A stretch of DNA of 36,488 bases, taken from contig JACREV010000086.1 in assembly GCA_016218095.1 (NCBI GenBank), positions 1-36,488 on the forward strand. The letters run 5' to 3'. Shown here one piece after another: positions 1 to 8,740 of this stretch. Below the pieces are notes generated by a model that saw only the letters and a list, made by a program, of their open reading frames with translations, was not told the origin of the DNA and did not search any database. The position numbers were made by a program, and so were the translations under genes. How positions within the stretch are numbered: the first letter of the stretch is position 1; each line of letters starts with the position of its first letter. This DNA is from Deltaproteobacteria bacterium (GTDB lineage: Bacteria; Desulfobacterota; GWC2-55-46).

Positions 1-747
1 GCGCTCGTAATTTCTTCGCTCTCCCGGAAGAAACTCATATTCGACGACCTCGCGACGGTCTCGTTTGCCGCGCTCATCGTCGTCCTCGGCACCGGGGCTA
101 TCGCCTTCGTATACCTCACTATCATAAAGAGGCGGGACTTAAGGGGCTTTTACCTGCCGACGATGTTCATGAACTCCGGCAACATGTCGTTCCCGCTCGC
201 GCTCCTCGCATTCGGGCAGGAGGGGTTGACGGTCGCGATACTCTACTACATAGCGATAAGCCTCCTCGTCTACTCTCTCGGCATATACATCGCCAAGGGC
301 AGGGGCGGGTTTTCCGAGATGTTCAAGCTCCCGCTCATATACGCCTCCATCATAGGGCTCGCCCTGAACTTCGGGAACATCGAGATACCCGGCCCGCTCC
401 TTACGACTTTCGAAATGCTCGGGGCCGCGACCATCCCCATCATGCAGGTGAGCCTCGGCTACAGGCTGCATTCGGCGAAGCTCCAGTACCCGTGGATGTC
501 TGTGGCAGGCTCTATCATCAGGATAGGCGGCGGGGTCGCTATCGGCTGGCTCGTCGTGACCGCGCTCGGTATAGAGGGCTTGAACGGCAAGATAATACTT
601 TTATCGTCCGGGATGCCGTCTGCGGTCATAAACTTCGTCGTCAGCCATCGTTACAACGTCCACAGCGACCTTGTGGCCTCTACCGTGGCCATGTCGACCA
701 TCATAAGCATATTCACTACCCCCCTCCTTCTCATCTGGATAATGTAG
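1..747 (+). CDS. AEC (auxin-efflux-carrier) family permease, 5' end outside window
   Basis: Frame 1 is stop-free from nt 1 into the listed 163..747 ORF. The sequence is uniformly hydrophobic and multi-TM, with a GMPSAVINFVVS...TPLLLIW C-terminal half typical of AEC/MleP-type carriers. Confidence 0.75.
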   Translation, partial: ALVISSLSRKKLIFDDLATVSFAALIVVLGTGAIAFVYLTIIKRRDLRGFYLPTMFMNSGNMSFPLALLAFGQEGLTVAILYYIAISLLVYSLGIYIAKGRGGFSEMFKLPLIYASIIGLALNFGNIEIPGPLLTTFEMLGAATIPIMQVSLGYRLHSAKLQYPWMSVAGSIIRIGGGVAIGWLVVTALGIEGLNGKIILLSSGMPSAVINFVVSHRYNVHSDLVASTVAMSTIISIFTTPLLLIWIM

Positions 748-786
748 GACGTACTCTGGTATACTGGGTGCGAAAGGTTTGCCCGT

Positions 787-1719
787 ATGCACAAGATGCT
801 TCTGTCTGCCTCCATAATCCTCATCCTCGCATTCGCCTTCGTAAGCCCTTCCCCTGCCGCGGTCATCGAACACCTAAGACCCGTATTCAAGCCCTACAGG
901 GACTCGAACAAAAGGCTCAAAATCGCGATAAGGAGCCTCAAAGAGGACGGCCACGCGCGCCTCGTATCGGTCGACCCCGAGACATTCACGACAGAGGTCG
1001 TCGATGATAGGGCCATAGCCTCGACCGATGTAAAGATAAAGGAGTGGAAAGGGACGCGGTTCGTAGAAGCGCTCTACAGGTACACTGAGCCTGCCGAAGG
1101 GATCGAGAACCAGGGGATGAGGTCGGGAGAGTCCAGAACAGGCGGCCTCTTTCTCACGATCGACCTCTGCCCGTCTACAAAGGGGTTTGACAGGAACGCC
1201 TTCGAGGCTACCGAGGCCCTCGGGACCCCGGCTCCTATAGCCGTCGCCGTAAGCGGGCTATGGATCGAGCGCCACAGGGGGGAGTTCGATTGGATACGGA
1301 AAGAGGAGTCCGAAGGCAGGCTCGCAATCACATGGATGAACCACTCGTACTCACACCCTTATGATAAATTAAAAGAGTTGAAGGAGAATTTCCTTCTCAC
1401 CCAGGGCGTGGATTTTGAAGACGAGGTCTTGAGGAACGAAAAGCTCCTGCTTGAAAACGGCATAACGCCGTCGGTCTTCTTCCGCTTTCCGGGTCTCATA
1501 TCGGATGCCGGCCTCCTCGAAAAACTTAAGACACTCTCCCTCATCCCCGTAGGCGCGGACGCCTGGCTCGCCAAGAATGAAGCGCCCAAGCCAGGCTCGT
1601 TCATATTGGTCCACGGCAACGGTAACGAGGAGGGCGGGATTGAGAAGCTGCTTAAGTTCTACGGGGAGAACAGGGGTGTGAAGCTCCTGCCTTTACGGGA
1701 GGCGTTCGGCCATAAATAA
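787..1719 (+). CDS. secreted polysaccharide deacetylase (NodB-like) family protein
   Basis: N-terminal signal peptide (LLSASIILILAFAFVSPSPAA). NodB-like motif series TIDLC / HSYSH / RFPG / ILVHGN. Confidence 0.6.
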   Translation: MHKMLLSASIILILAFAFVSPSPAAVIEHLRPVFKPYRDSNKRLKIAIRSLKEDGHARLVSVDPETFTTEVVDDRAIASTDVKIKEWKGTRFVEALYRYTEPAEGIENQGMRSGESRTGGLFLTIDLCPSTKGFDRNAFEATEALGTPAPIAVAVSGLWIERHRGEFDWIRKEESEGRLAITWMNHSYSHPYDKLKELKENFLLTQGVDFEDEVLRNEKLLLENGITPSVFFRFPGLISDAGLLEKLKTLSLIPVGADAWLAKNEAPKPGSFILVHGNGNEEGGIEKLLKFYGENRGVKLLPLREAFGHK

Positions 1720-1727
1720 AAAAAGTA

Positions 1728-1961
1728 GTCATTGCGAGGAGCGTGCCTGCCGTTCGTTACGGATTTGCCCGCCCCCATGCAGGGTGAAAAACAGCCCCCT
1801 CACCCCAACCCTCTCCCTCAAGGGGAGAGGGGGCTGAAGACAAACTTCAGAAGGCGGGGCTCGTTAGTGGATGTAACTTCCCCCTTTTCTAAAGGGGGAC
1901 TGAGGGGGATTATAAAGGGCTGAAAGATAATCTCCCCCCTCCCCTCTTTAGAAAAGAGGGG
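1728..1961. repeat. intergenic repeat cluster: solo family-A arm plus three family-B G/C-tract hairpins
   Basis: GTCATTGCGAGGAGCG at 1728-1743 is identical to the reverse complement of 15117-15132. Hairpins: CCCTCTCCC/GGGAGAGGG 1809-1831, TCCCCCTT/AAGGGGGA 1879-1899, CCCCTCTT/AAGAGGGG 1941-1961. Listed ORF 1732..1923 is just a translation of these repeats. Confidence 0.65.
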
Positions 1962-1982
1962 CTTAAAGGCCCTGCTCAGTAT

Positions 1983-2504
1983 TCAACCTATCTTCAGCTC
2001 CGTCTCAAGCGGTATCGGGTTCGTGAGGCAATAGACCGCCGGGCACCTCTCCTTCGATAGCTCCTCTATCGCGCGTATCTTCTCAACGGGCGCGTCGCTC
2101 TCGACAAAGAGCGTGAACTTGACCTTCTCGGCTATCGGGTTGTTCGATAGGCCGAATACGCGCGAGAAGTCTATCGAGCTCTCGGCGACTACCTTGAGCT
2201 TCCTTAAATTTATCCCTTCCATCGCGGCCATCGTGGCGAATGTCGCGGCGTAGCATGAGGCAGAGCCGTAGAGGCAGTATATCATCGGCCCCGGCTGGGT
2301 CCCGCCGCCGCCGAGAAACGACGGCTGGTCGGCCTCAAGCGTAATTTTGCCGCCCTCGAACTGGACAGTCGCCCTGAACTGGCTCCCGGCCCCGAGGTTC
2401 CACTCGCCCTCTATCTTATTTACCTTCTTCGCCTTGGAGAGGTCCTTGCTGACGTCCGCTACCGTCGCCTTTATCTTTTCAACATTGATATTGTTCGTCC
2501 CCAT
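1983..2504 (-). CDS. OsmC/Ohr family peroxiredoxin-like protein
   Basis: 173-aa ORF with an OsmC-like core (...GGGGTQPGPMIYCLYGSASCYAATF...ERCPAVYCL...) containing the conserved Cys pair. Confidence 0.75.
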   Translation of the reverse strand: MGTNNINVEKIKATVADVSKDLSKAKKVNKIEGEWNLGAGSQFRATVQFEGGKITLEADQPSFLGGGGTQPGPMIYCLYGSASCYAATFATMAAMEGINLRKLKVVAESSIDFSRVFGLSNNPIAEKVKFTLFVESDAPVEKIRAIEELSKERCPAVYCLTNPIPLETELKIG

Positions 2505-2521
2505 TACAGCCTCCTTAAAGG

Positions 2522-3565
2522 TTATTCTATGTGTATACGAACCCTGCTTTTTGCAACGACGCTCCCCACCCTGAAGGCGTCGACCTTTTCCCTGAGCTTC
2601 TCTATAAACGCCGTCGCCTCCTCCTCGCGTATCGCAATGAGGAGGCCGCCCGAGGTCTGAGGGTCGTAAAGGACTAATTCGAGCTCCTCACGCACAGACG
2701 CGCCGACCTCGACATCGGGTCTCAGATACTCCCTGTTCGTAAGCAGAGTCCTCGGCCTGCACGATTTTTTAGTCACGAACTTCAATGCGTCGGGAAAGAC
2801 CCTTACCGAGGGCGCGTCTATTATGATGGAAACCCCAGACCCCTTCGCCATCTCCATCGCGTGTCCTACGAGGCCGTATCCGGTAATGTCCGTGCATCCG
2901 CTCGCGCCGAACTCGACCATGCAGGCGGAGGCGTGCCTGTTGAGAGTCCTCATTGAATCGAAGACGGCTTCAGCATCCTCCTCGCGTATCTTCCCGGCCT
3001 TTATTGCGCTCGTGACCACACCCGTTCCGAGCGGCTTAGTCAAGATGAGCGCGTCGCCTGGCCGCGCGCCGGAGTTGGTGATTATCTTGTCGGGGTGGCT
3101 AAAGCCTGTAATAGACAGGCCGTACTTTACCTCGCTGTCCTCAATAGAGTGGCCGCCGACGAGGAGCACCCCGGCCTCGTTGAGCTTCGCGAGGCTCCCC
3201 TTGAGTATCTCGTTCAATACCTCGTGCGGGAGCTCCTTCGGAAAGCATACGATATTCATCGCGAGCCTCGGGCTCCCGCCCATGGCGTAGACGTCGCTTA
3301 AGGCGTTCGCCGCGGCTATCTCGCCGAAGGTGAACGGGTCATCCACAATCGGCGGAAAAAAATCGACGGTCGAGATCACAGCGGTGTCGTCGGAGAGACG
3401 ATAGACCCCCGCGTCGTCGGCGGTCTCTATGCCTACAAGGAGGTCTTTGTCTTTAGTGACCGGCAGCTGATGCAGGACCTGCATCAGGGCGTCCTGGCCT
3501 ATTTTGGCCGCTCAACCCGCGCAGCTCGCCCAGCTTGTGAGCTTTATCTTTCTTCCGTGGCTCAA
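2522..3565 (-). CDS. selD: selenide, water dikinase SelD, selenocysteine-containing (in-frame UGA at 3514-3512)
   Basis: Listed ORF 2522..3484 is SelD-like (PurM-type fold; DDAGVY, GGHSIED). The same frame upstream reads TTG(3565-3563) S H G R K I K L T S W A S C A G U(TGA) A A K I G Q D A L M Q V. That is the N-terminal G-[C/U]-x-x-K catalytic loop with UGA at the Cys/Sec position. AAGGAG lies 5 nt before the TTG. Confidence 0.85.
3467..3487 (-). promoter_or_regulatory. candidate bacterial SECIS hairpin for the selD UGA
   Basis: mRNA CUGAUGCAG-GUC-CUGCAUCAG is a perfect 9-bp inverted repeat with G/U in the apical loop. The stem starts 24 nt 3' of the UGA. A smaller GGCC-AAAAUA-GGCC hairpin lies directly after the UGA. 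Confidence 0.45.
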
Positions 3566-3620
3566 AGGGGCTCCTTTATTATATAGGCCGGGTTGGAAAA
3601 CCCGCCTATCGTAGATGCCT

Positions 3621-4355
3621 CTATATATATCCGTAAACCCTGTACAACACAAGGGCGGCGTACTCCCATAATACCTCCCGAAGGAGCGCGAGCCGGTCGA
3701 GGGCGCCTCTCCTCAAGGCCGTGTAGTCGTCGACCGGAGCGGCGTCGCAGTCTATCTGCAAGGCCCTTGATACGAGGAGAGCCCGCTTCATGTGCGTAGG
3801 GGAGGTGACGAGGATGCACTTTTTAAGCCCCTTCGCGTCCATGTACGACTTTATGTTTCTAAGGTTCTCGTACGTATTCGTCGAGGCAGGGTCCGCCTCG
3901 ACCTTCTCATCAGGTACGCCGAATATGAGGGCCGTGTCCCTCATTATCTCGGATTCCTGTATGCCTATGGAGCCGGAGCGGTCCCGCTTGAATACCGTGT
4001 GTATGAATTTTTTGGAGGGCTCGACGATCGTCCCGCCCGAAAATATTATCCTCGGAGCGTTCCCGGATTTGAACAGTATGAGCCCCTTGATGAGCCGCTC
4101 ACTCGACGCCGCGCCGAGTACGCCGTTTCTGTACGCGCCGCCTCCGAGGACGGCGATTATATCGGCCATACCCGGCTCCGGGTGGCGATTGATAAGCGTT
4201 TTAGCCGCATAATTAGCGACAGGCGTGTACATGATAATGAGGAAGACCGCCGTGAACGCGACCGAGAACCATCGGATGGACCTATTGAACCACTTGAATC
4301 TCTCAGGCAATATAATAACCCTCTCTTTACTTGCGGAGAATCCCCCCCTTGACAC
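3621..4355 (-). CDS. DUF218 / YdcF (ElyC/SanA-like) family protein with N-terminal membrane anchor
   Basis: Motifs IIAVLGGG, ERLIKGLILFKSGNAPRIIFSGG, LVTSPTHMKRA. One N-terminal TM helix. Start is uncertain: the listed start lies inside a repeat element, and an alternative TTG at 4310 follows GAGAGG. Confidence 0.7.
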   Translation of the reverse strand: MSRGGFSASKERVIILPERFKWFNRSIRWFSVAFTAVFLIIMYTPVANYAAKTLINRHPEPGMADIIAVLGGGAYRNGVLGAASSERLIKGLILFKSGNAPRIIFSGGTIVEPSKKFIHTVFKRDRSGSIGIQESEIMRDTALIFGVPDEKVEADPASTNTYENLRNIKSYMDAKGLKKCILVTSPTHMKRALLVSRALQIDCDAAPVDDYTALRRGALDRLALLREVLWEYAALVLYRVYGYI

Positions 4356-4407
4356 CCTCCCCTCGATCCCCTCCCGGCTATCGGACTTGGGGAGGGGAAG
4401 TTTAGGC

Positions 4408-6396
4408 TCATTTACGGAGTACCCGCAAATCCCCCTGCCGTAACGTGAACCTTTCCTTATCGAAATATTCGAGTATCTCTATGGCGAGTTTTCTGCCGCA
4501 CCCGAGGATATCCCTGAAATCCGCGGCCTTTATCGGGCCCTTTGAGCTGATATGAGAGGTGAGCTTTTCGCGCGCAGTTTTCAGGTCATCGCCGGAAAGG
4601 TAACTCCCCTCCTTGAGCCTGACGATAGAGCCGTTCTTGACAAGGAAGCTCAGAACGCGCGCGATCTCATCCTTCCTGGACTTGAGCTTATCGAGGTCCT
4701 CTTTGTGGGGCGGCGAAAACGGGGTTCGGAAAAGCGCGAGTATCTCTCTCTCGGTCTCTGCGTCCTTCCCGGATGAACCCGGCGTATGGTTAAGGAGCGC
4801 AAGCGCTGAAGCGTCTCTCTTAAGCGCCTTTGAACAGACGAGCCCTTCGCACAATCCTTTCAGGAAAAGCCGCGCCGTGCGCGCCGGGAGCCCCGTCTCT
4901 TTTTTGAGGACAGAGAAGAGCGCGTCCTCGGATAAGCCCGTCTCCATAGGGCGCGCCGCGTGATGGGCAGAGACCGCCTCGACAACCCTTTTTTTCAGAC
5001 CCCCGGCCCGCCCCTTGTCAATAACGAAATCTCCGACTTCCTCATAGCCGCCTCCGAAGGCTTCCCTCAACCCCTCGCGAGAGAGGTTAAGCATGAGGCT
5101 GGCCGTCCCGGACTCTATCGCCACCCTCTCCCCCATGAGCGCGCTGAGCGCATCGTTGTCCGTCGGGCCGCAAGGCGCAAGCTTTCTTATCTTAGGCGCA
5201 AGCGTCGGGTCGAGATACGGGAATACGACGGTCCCGCCGCCGACGGTTGAGTTCCTCGAAGGGTCCCTTATTATGAACCTGTCCCCACGCAGCATCAGGA
5301 GCGGCTTTTTAAGGACGAGCCTTCCGAATGCCTTTCGGTCGCTTGCTGCGGTGAGGCGGATGACCGCGAGGGTCTCGTCCGTCAGGTGGTGGACCTTTAC
5401 GATGGAGCGGTCTTTTAAGGGTACTTTAGACTTGGTATCACCAAGGAACTCGAATGCGCAGTCGACGACAAGGCTTTCTTTGGCCCTGTCGATAAAGGGC
5501 TTAAGTGAAGCAGAGCAGAGGAGCGCGCCCCTCTCCATCTCCTTGTGGTTGAGCCCCGAGATATTGAGCGCCGCCCTCTCGCCTCTTGACGCCGCATCCG
5601 CGTCGATGTGCATCGACTGTATGCCGCGCACCTTTACGGATGCGCCGGATGGAAAAGACAGCGCCTCATCCCCCTTTTTGATGGAGCCGGAGGCGACGGT
5701 CCCTGTGACGACCGTACCGAATCCTTTTATCGCGAATGACCTGTCCACCGGGAGCCGGAAAAACGGCCCGCTCGCCGACCCTTCGGTCTTGACGACCCTT
5801 GCGCTTATGAGGGATTTAAGGGCTTCCATCCCGTCGCCTGTGACAGTCGAAACGGCGATGAGAGGCGCGTCTTCGAGCGCGGTCCCTCTTACGAGCGCTG
5901 AGACGTCTTTCCTTACCTCCTCTACCCTCTCGCCCGTCACGAGGTCGCATTTTGTGATTACTATTATGCCGTCCCGCACCCCGAGGAGCCGGACGATATC
6001 GAGGTGCTCCCTCGTCTGCGGCATGACGCCGTCGTCTGCCGCGACTACGAAGAGTACGAAGTCTATGCCCGTCACGCCGGCGAGCATGTTCCTTATGAAA
6101 CGCTCGTGGCCAGGGACGTCGACTATCGCGGCCCTGCGCTTCTCGCCATTGTGGGTGATATCCATATGGGCGAAGCCAAGGTCGATGGTGAGCCCGCGCC
6201 TCTTTTCTTCGATGAGCCTGTCGGTATCCATGCCGGTCAAGGCCTTCACGAGAGAGGTCTTGCCGTGGTCGATGTGGCCTGCTGTCCCGATTATCGCGGT
6301 CCGCTTCGGCAAACGCGCCCCTTTAAAGAAGGATTGAAGCAATTTTTCGAAATACAAGATAAAATATCCCTTATAGGGGGGTTTGTCCAGAGGCAT
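4408..6396 (-). CDS. selB: selenocysteine-specific translation elongation factor SelB
   Basis: G-domain motifs [11 protein letters not shown] / DVPGHERF / ITKCD, followed by EF-Tu-like domains and a long C-terminal winged-helix region. The ATG at 6396 gives an unusual 28-aa leader with no SD. A TTG at 6312 ([13 protein letters not shown]...) preceded by AAAGGGG is the more likely start. Confidence 0.9.
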   Translation of the reverse strand: MPLDKPPYKGYFILYFEKLLQSFFKGARLPKRTAIIGTAGHIDHGKTSLVKALTGMDTDRLIEEKRRGLTIDLGFAHMDITHNGEKRRAAIVDVPGHERFIRNMLAGVTGIDFVLFVVAADDGVMPQTREHLDIVRLLGVRDGIIVITKCDLVTGERVEEVRKDVSALVRGTALEDAPLIAVSTVTGDGMEALKSLISARVVKTEGSASGPFFRLPVDRSFAIKGFGTVVTGTVASGSIKKGDEALSFPSGASVKVRGIQSMHIDADAASRGERAALNISGLNHKEMERGALLCSASLKPFIDRAKESLVVDCAFEFLGDTKSKVPLKDRSIVKVHHLTDETLAVIRLTAASDRKAFGRLVLKKPLLMLRGDRFIIRDPSRNSTVGGGTVVFPYLDPTLAPKIRKLAPCGPTDNDALSALMGERVAIESGTASLMLNLSREGLREAFGGGYEEVGDFVIDKGRAGGLKKRVVEAVSAHHAARPMETGLSEDALFSVLKKETGLPARTARLFLKGLCEGLVCSKALKRDASALALLNHTPGSSGKDAETEREILALFRTPFSPPHKEDLDKLKSRKDEIARVLSFLVKNGSIVRLKEGSYLSGDDLKTAREKLTSHISSKGPIKAADFRDILGCGRKLAIEILEYFDKERFTLRQGDLRVLRK

Positions 6397-6402
6397 TTTT
6401 TG

Positions 6403-6431
6403 TTTTCATAATCTGGCCCCTGTGATATAAT
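6403..6431 (+). promoter_or_regulatory. candidate extended -10 promoter for the hydrogenase genes
   Basis: TGATATAAT (TGn + TATAAT, 6423-6431), with a weak -35 TTTTCA at 6403-6408 and a 17-nt spacer, about 50 nt upstream of the small-subunit ATG. Confidence 0.35.
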
Positions 6432-6481
6432 TCTCAAGTAATCTTAAGCACTTAGCATTTTCAAGAGAGGTTTGGTCCGTT

Positions 6482-7240
6482 ATGGAAGAAAAGGAACTCC
6501 CGAGGCTCGCGTTCTTCTCCTTCACCTGCTGTGAAGGGTGCCAGCTCGCGGTATTGAGTTGCGAGGACGAGCTCCCGGACATATTGAGCCTTGTGAAGAT
6601 AGTCAACTTCAGGGAGGCGATAGACCAGAAGTCCGACGACTACGACATCGCCTTTGTCGAGGGGTCGATTACGAGGAAGGAAGAGGTCAGGAAGCTAAAG
6701 AAGATCCGGAAGCACGCCAAGATTGTGGTCGCCTTAGGCGCGTGCTCCTCTACTGGCGGCCTCAACTGTCTCAAGAACCGCTTTACCATGGATGAGGTAA
6801 AACGCGAGGTCTACGGCAAGGACGCCGGAAAGTCCGAGCGGTTCGACACCCTTCCCACCCGCGCCATAGACGAGATAATCCCGGTAGACTACTACCTCCA
6901 CGGCTGTCCTATCTCGAAAAAGGAATTCCTGCACTTGACCACATCGCTCCTCCTCGGAAAGAGGCCCGACATACCTAACCACCCGGTCTGCGTGGAGTGC
7001 AAGATGGCAGGGAACATCTGCGTGTTTGAGAAAGGGATGACCTGCGTGGGGCCGATAACGCGCGCGGGTTGCGAGGCGATATGCGTCACCTACGGGGCGA
7101 TATGCTGGGGGTGCAGGGGGCTTGTTGACAACCCCAACGCAGACGCCCACGCCGAGACCTTGAAGAGGCACGGACTTACGGTTGAGTCCGTCATGAGGAA
7201 GTTCAGCCTCTACGGGGCCTGCAAGACGCATAAGTGCTGA
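6482..7240 (+). CDS. [NiFe] hydrogenase small subunit, cytoplasmic group-3-like (delta/MvhG/HoxY-like)
   Basis: Proximal-cluster motifs CCEGC, GACSSTGG, HGCP. Cys-rich C-terminus (CVECK..C..C..CEAIC..CWGC) for further FeS clusters. No Tat signal. Confidence 0.85.
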   Translation: MEEKELPRLAFFSFTCCEGCQLAVLSCEDELPDILSLVKIVNFREAIDQKSDDYDIAFVEGSITRKEEVRKLKKIRKHAKIVVALGACSSTGGLNCLKNRFTMDEVKREVYGKDAGKSERFDTLPTRAIDEIIPVDYYLHGCPISKKEFLHLTTSLLLGKRPDIPNHPVCVECKMAGNICVFEKGMTCVGPITRAGCEAICVTYGAICWGCRGLVDNPNADAHAETLKRHGLTVESVMRKFSLYGACKTHKC

Positions 7241-7296
7241 GGCACCCAAGCCCTCCCCCTTTAAAAGGGGTAAAAAAGCAAAAAGGTTTGAGGATA

Positions 7297-8583
7297 ATGA
7301 AGAAAGACCTGAACATAAAGATACACGAGATAACGAGGGTCGAGGGGCACGGCAACATCGTCATCGACGTGAAGAAGGGGAAGATAAAGGAGCTTAAGCT
7401 CGAGATCATCGAGTCCCCGCGCTTCTTCGAGGCGATGCTCCGTGGAAGGCGCTACGACGAGGCACAGCACATAATGTCCCGCATCTGCGGCATCTGCGCC
7501 GTCAGCCACACCTCGGCCTCGCTCAAAGCCATCGAATCAGCGATGGACATAAAGATCTCGAAGCAGGCGGAGCTTCTAAGGAAGCTCGCGTTTTACGGGG
7601 AGACGCTCCAGAGCCACATACTCCACCTCTTCTTCCTCGTCCTCCCTGACCTCGCGGGCGTAGGCTCGATTGTCCCGCTCCTCACCTCGCACCCTGATAT
7701 GGCGAGGACCGGGCTCGAGCTCAAGAGGCTCGCGAACGACATCTGCGCGACCGTCGGCGGCAGGCACATACACCCCATTTCGCTCTTCCCAGGAGGTGTC
7801 GTGCACACGCCTAAGCCGCAGGAGCTCAAAAGGCTCCGGGAGGCGCTCGAAGGGTCTTTCGAGGGGTTGGAGATGATGCTTGCATTCCTTAATGATCACC
7901 CGTTCCCGGAGTTCAGCTTGAAGCGCGAGTATATCTCTTTGAAGGACAGGGGCGAGTACGGGCTCTACAACGGAAACCCGGTATCCTCCGACAGTTACGC
8001 CTTCAAGCCCGAGAGCTACACGAGGAAGATAAAGGAGTATGTGGTCTCTCACTCCGCGGCAAAGCACGCAAAGACAGAGGGCACATTCATGGTCGGGGCG
8101 CTCGCCCGCGTCAACAACAGCTACAGGCAGTTGAGCCCGAGGGCGAAGGCCGCGGCGAAGAAGGCGAAGCTCACGGTCCCCTCTTACAACCCGTTCCTCA
8201 ACAACATGGCCCAGCTCATCGAGTGCTATCATTCGACCGAAGAATCCATCTCCCTCATTGAGAAGCTCCTCCTCATGGGCCCGAAACCCGAGCCCGTGAA
8301 AAAGCCGAAGGCCTGGGGGCGCGGCTTCGGGGTAGTCGAGGCCCCGAGGGGGACTCTGTACCACGAGTACAAGATCGATAAGGACGGGCTCATCGAGAAG
8401 GCGGTCTGCATCATACCGACGGCTCAGAACCTCCGCTCCATAGAAGACGATCTGCGCGCTCTGGTGCCCGGGCTCCTCGGCAGACCCAAGGCCGAGATAG
8501 CCCGCGCGGTAGAGACGCTTGTCCGCGCATATGACCCCTGCATATCATGCTCTACGCATATCATGGACGTGGAGTTCGCGTAA
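7297..8583 (+). CDS. [NiFe] hydrogenase large subunit (Cys, not Sec, at the C-terminal Ni ligand)
   Basis: N-terminal RICGICAVSH and C-terminal DPCISCSTH Ni-Fe ligand motifs. ATG 7297 is preceded by GAGGA. The listed 7234 start would begin inside a repeat hairpin. Confidence 0.9.
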   Translation: MKKDLNIKIHEITRVEGHGNIVIDVKKGKIKELKLEIIESPRFFEAMLRGRRYDEAQHIMSRICGICAVSHTSASLKAIESAMDIKISKQAELLRKLAFYGETLQSHILHLFFLVLPDLAGVGSIVPLLTSHPDMARTGLELKRLANDICATVGGRHIHPISLFPGGVVHTPKPQELKRLREALEGSFEGLEMMLAFLNDHPFPEFSLKREYISLKDRGEYGLYNGNPVSSDSYAFKPESYTRKIKEYVVSHSAAKHAKTEGTFMVGALARVNNSYRQLSPRAKAAAKKAKLTVPSYNPFLNNMAQLIECYHSTEESISLIEKLLLMGPKPEPVKKPKAWGRGFGVVEAPRGTLYHEYKIDKDGLIEKAVCIIPTAQNLRSIEDDLRALVPGLLGRPKAEIARAVETLVRAYDPCISCSTHIMDVEFA

Positions 8584-8740
8584 ACGCCGGCGCCCCTTTC
8601 ATCGATGAGGCGCTGGCGTTCAATCCCCCAAAGCCCTTGTAAATTCCCTTTTTGTGTAGTATATTTCAGTCTCAAGCCTATGCAGGCCGCTTAACGGCCT
8701 GCCTTCTCAAAAACCGGTTTCAGGCTCCCGTTCAACTCCG

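Noticed and set aside
1732-1923. 63-aa ORF (PHPNPLPQGERG...), plus ORFs 33686..34045, 33734..33988 and 33744..34004.
   Set aside because: These are translations of the family-A and family-B palindromic repeats. They appear in multiple frames and on both strands over the same DNA, so they are non-coding repeats rather than genes.
5093-6337. 414-aa + strand ORF, plus 4613..4963, 4960..5250 and 6004..6411, lying inside selB.
   Set aside because: Antisense shadow ORFs typical of high-GC DNA. Their composition is Ser/Pro/Arg/Ala-rich and low-complexity, they have no SD, and they lie fully within a gene with unmistakable SelB motifs.
7297-8583. Possibility that the hydrogenase next to selB/selD is a [NiFeSe] enzyme.
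   Set aside because: The C-terminal ligand motif reads DPCISCSTH with ordinary Cys codons, and neither subunit has an in-frame TGA.
8584-8740. Two hairpins after the hydrogenase large subunit (AACGCCGGCGC/GCGCTGGCGTT and GCAGGCCG/CGGCCTGC), considered as terminators.
   Set aside because: Neither is followed by a U-run, so I did not call them intrinsic terminators. They may still be processing or regulatory structures.
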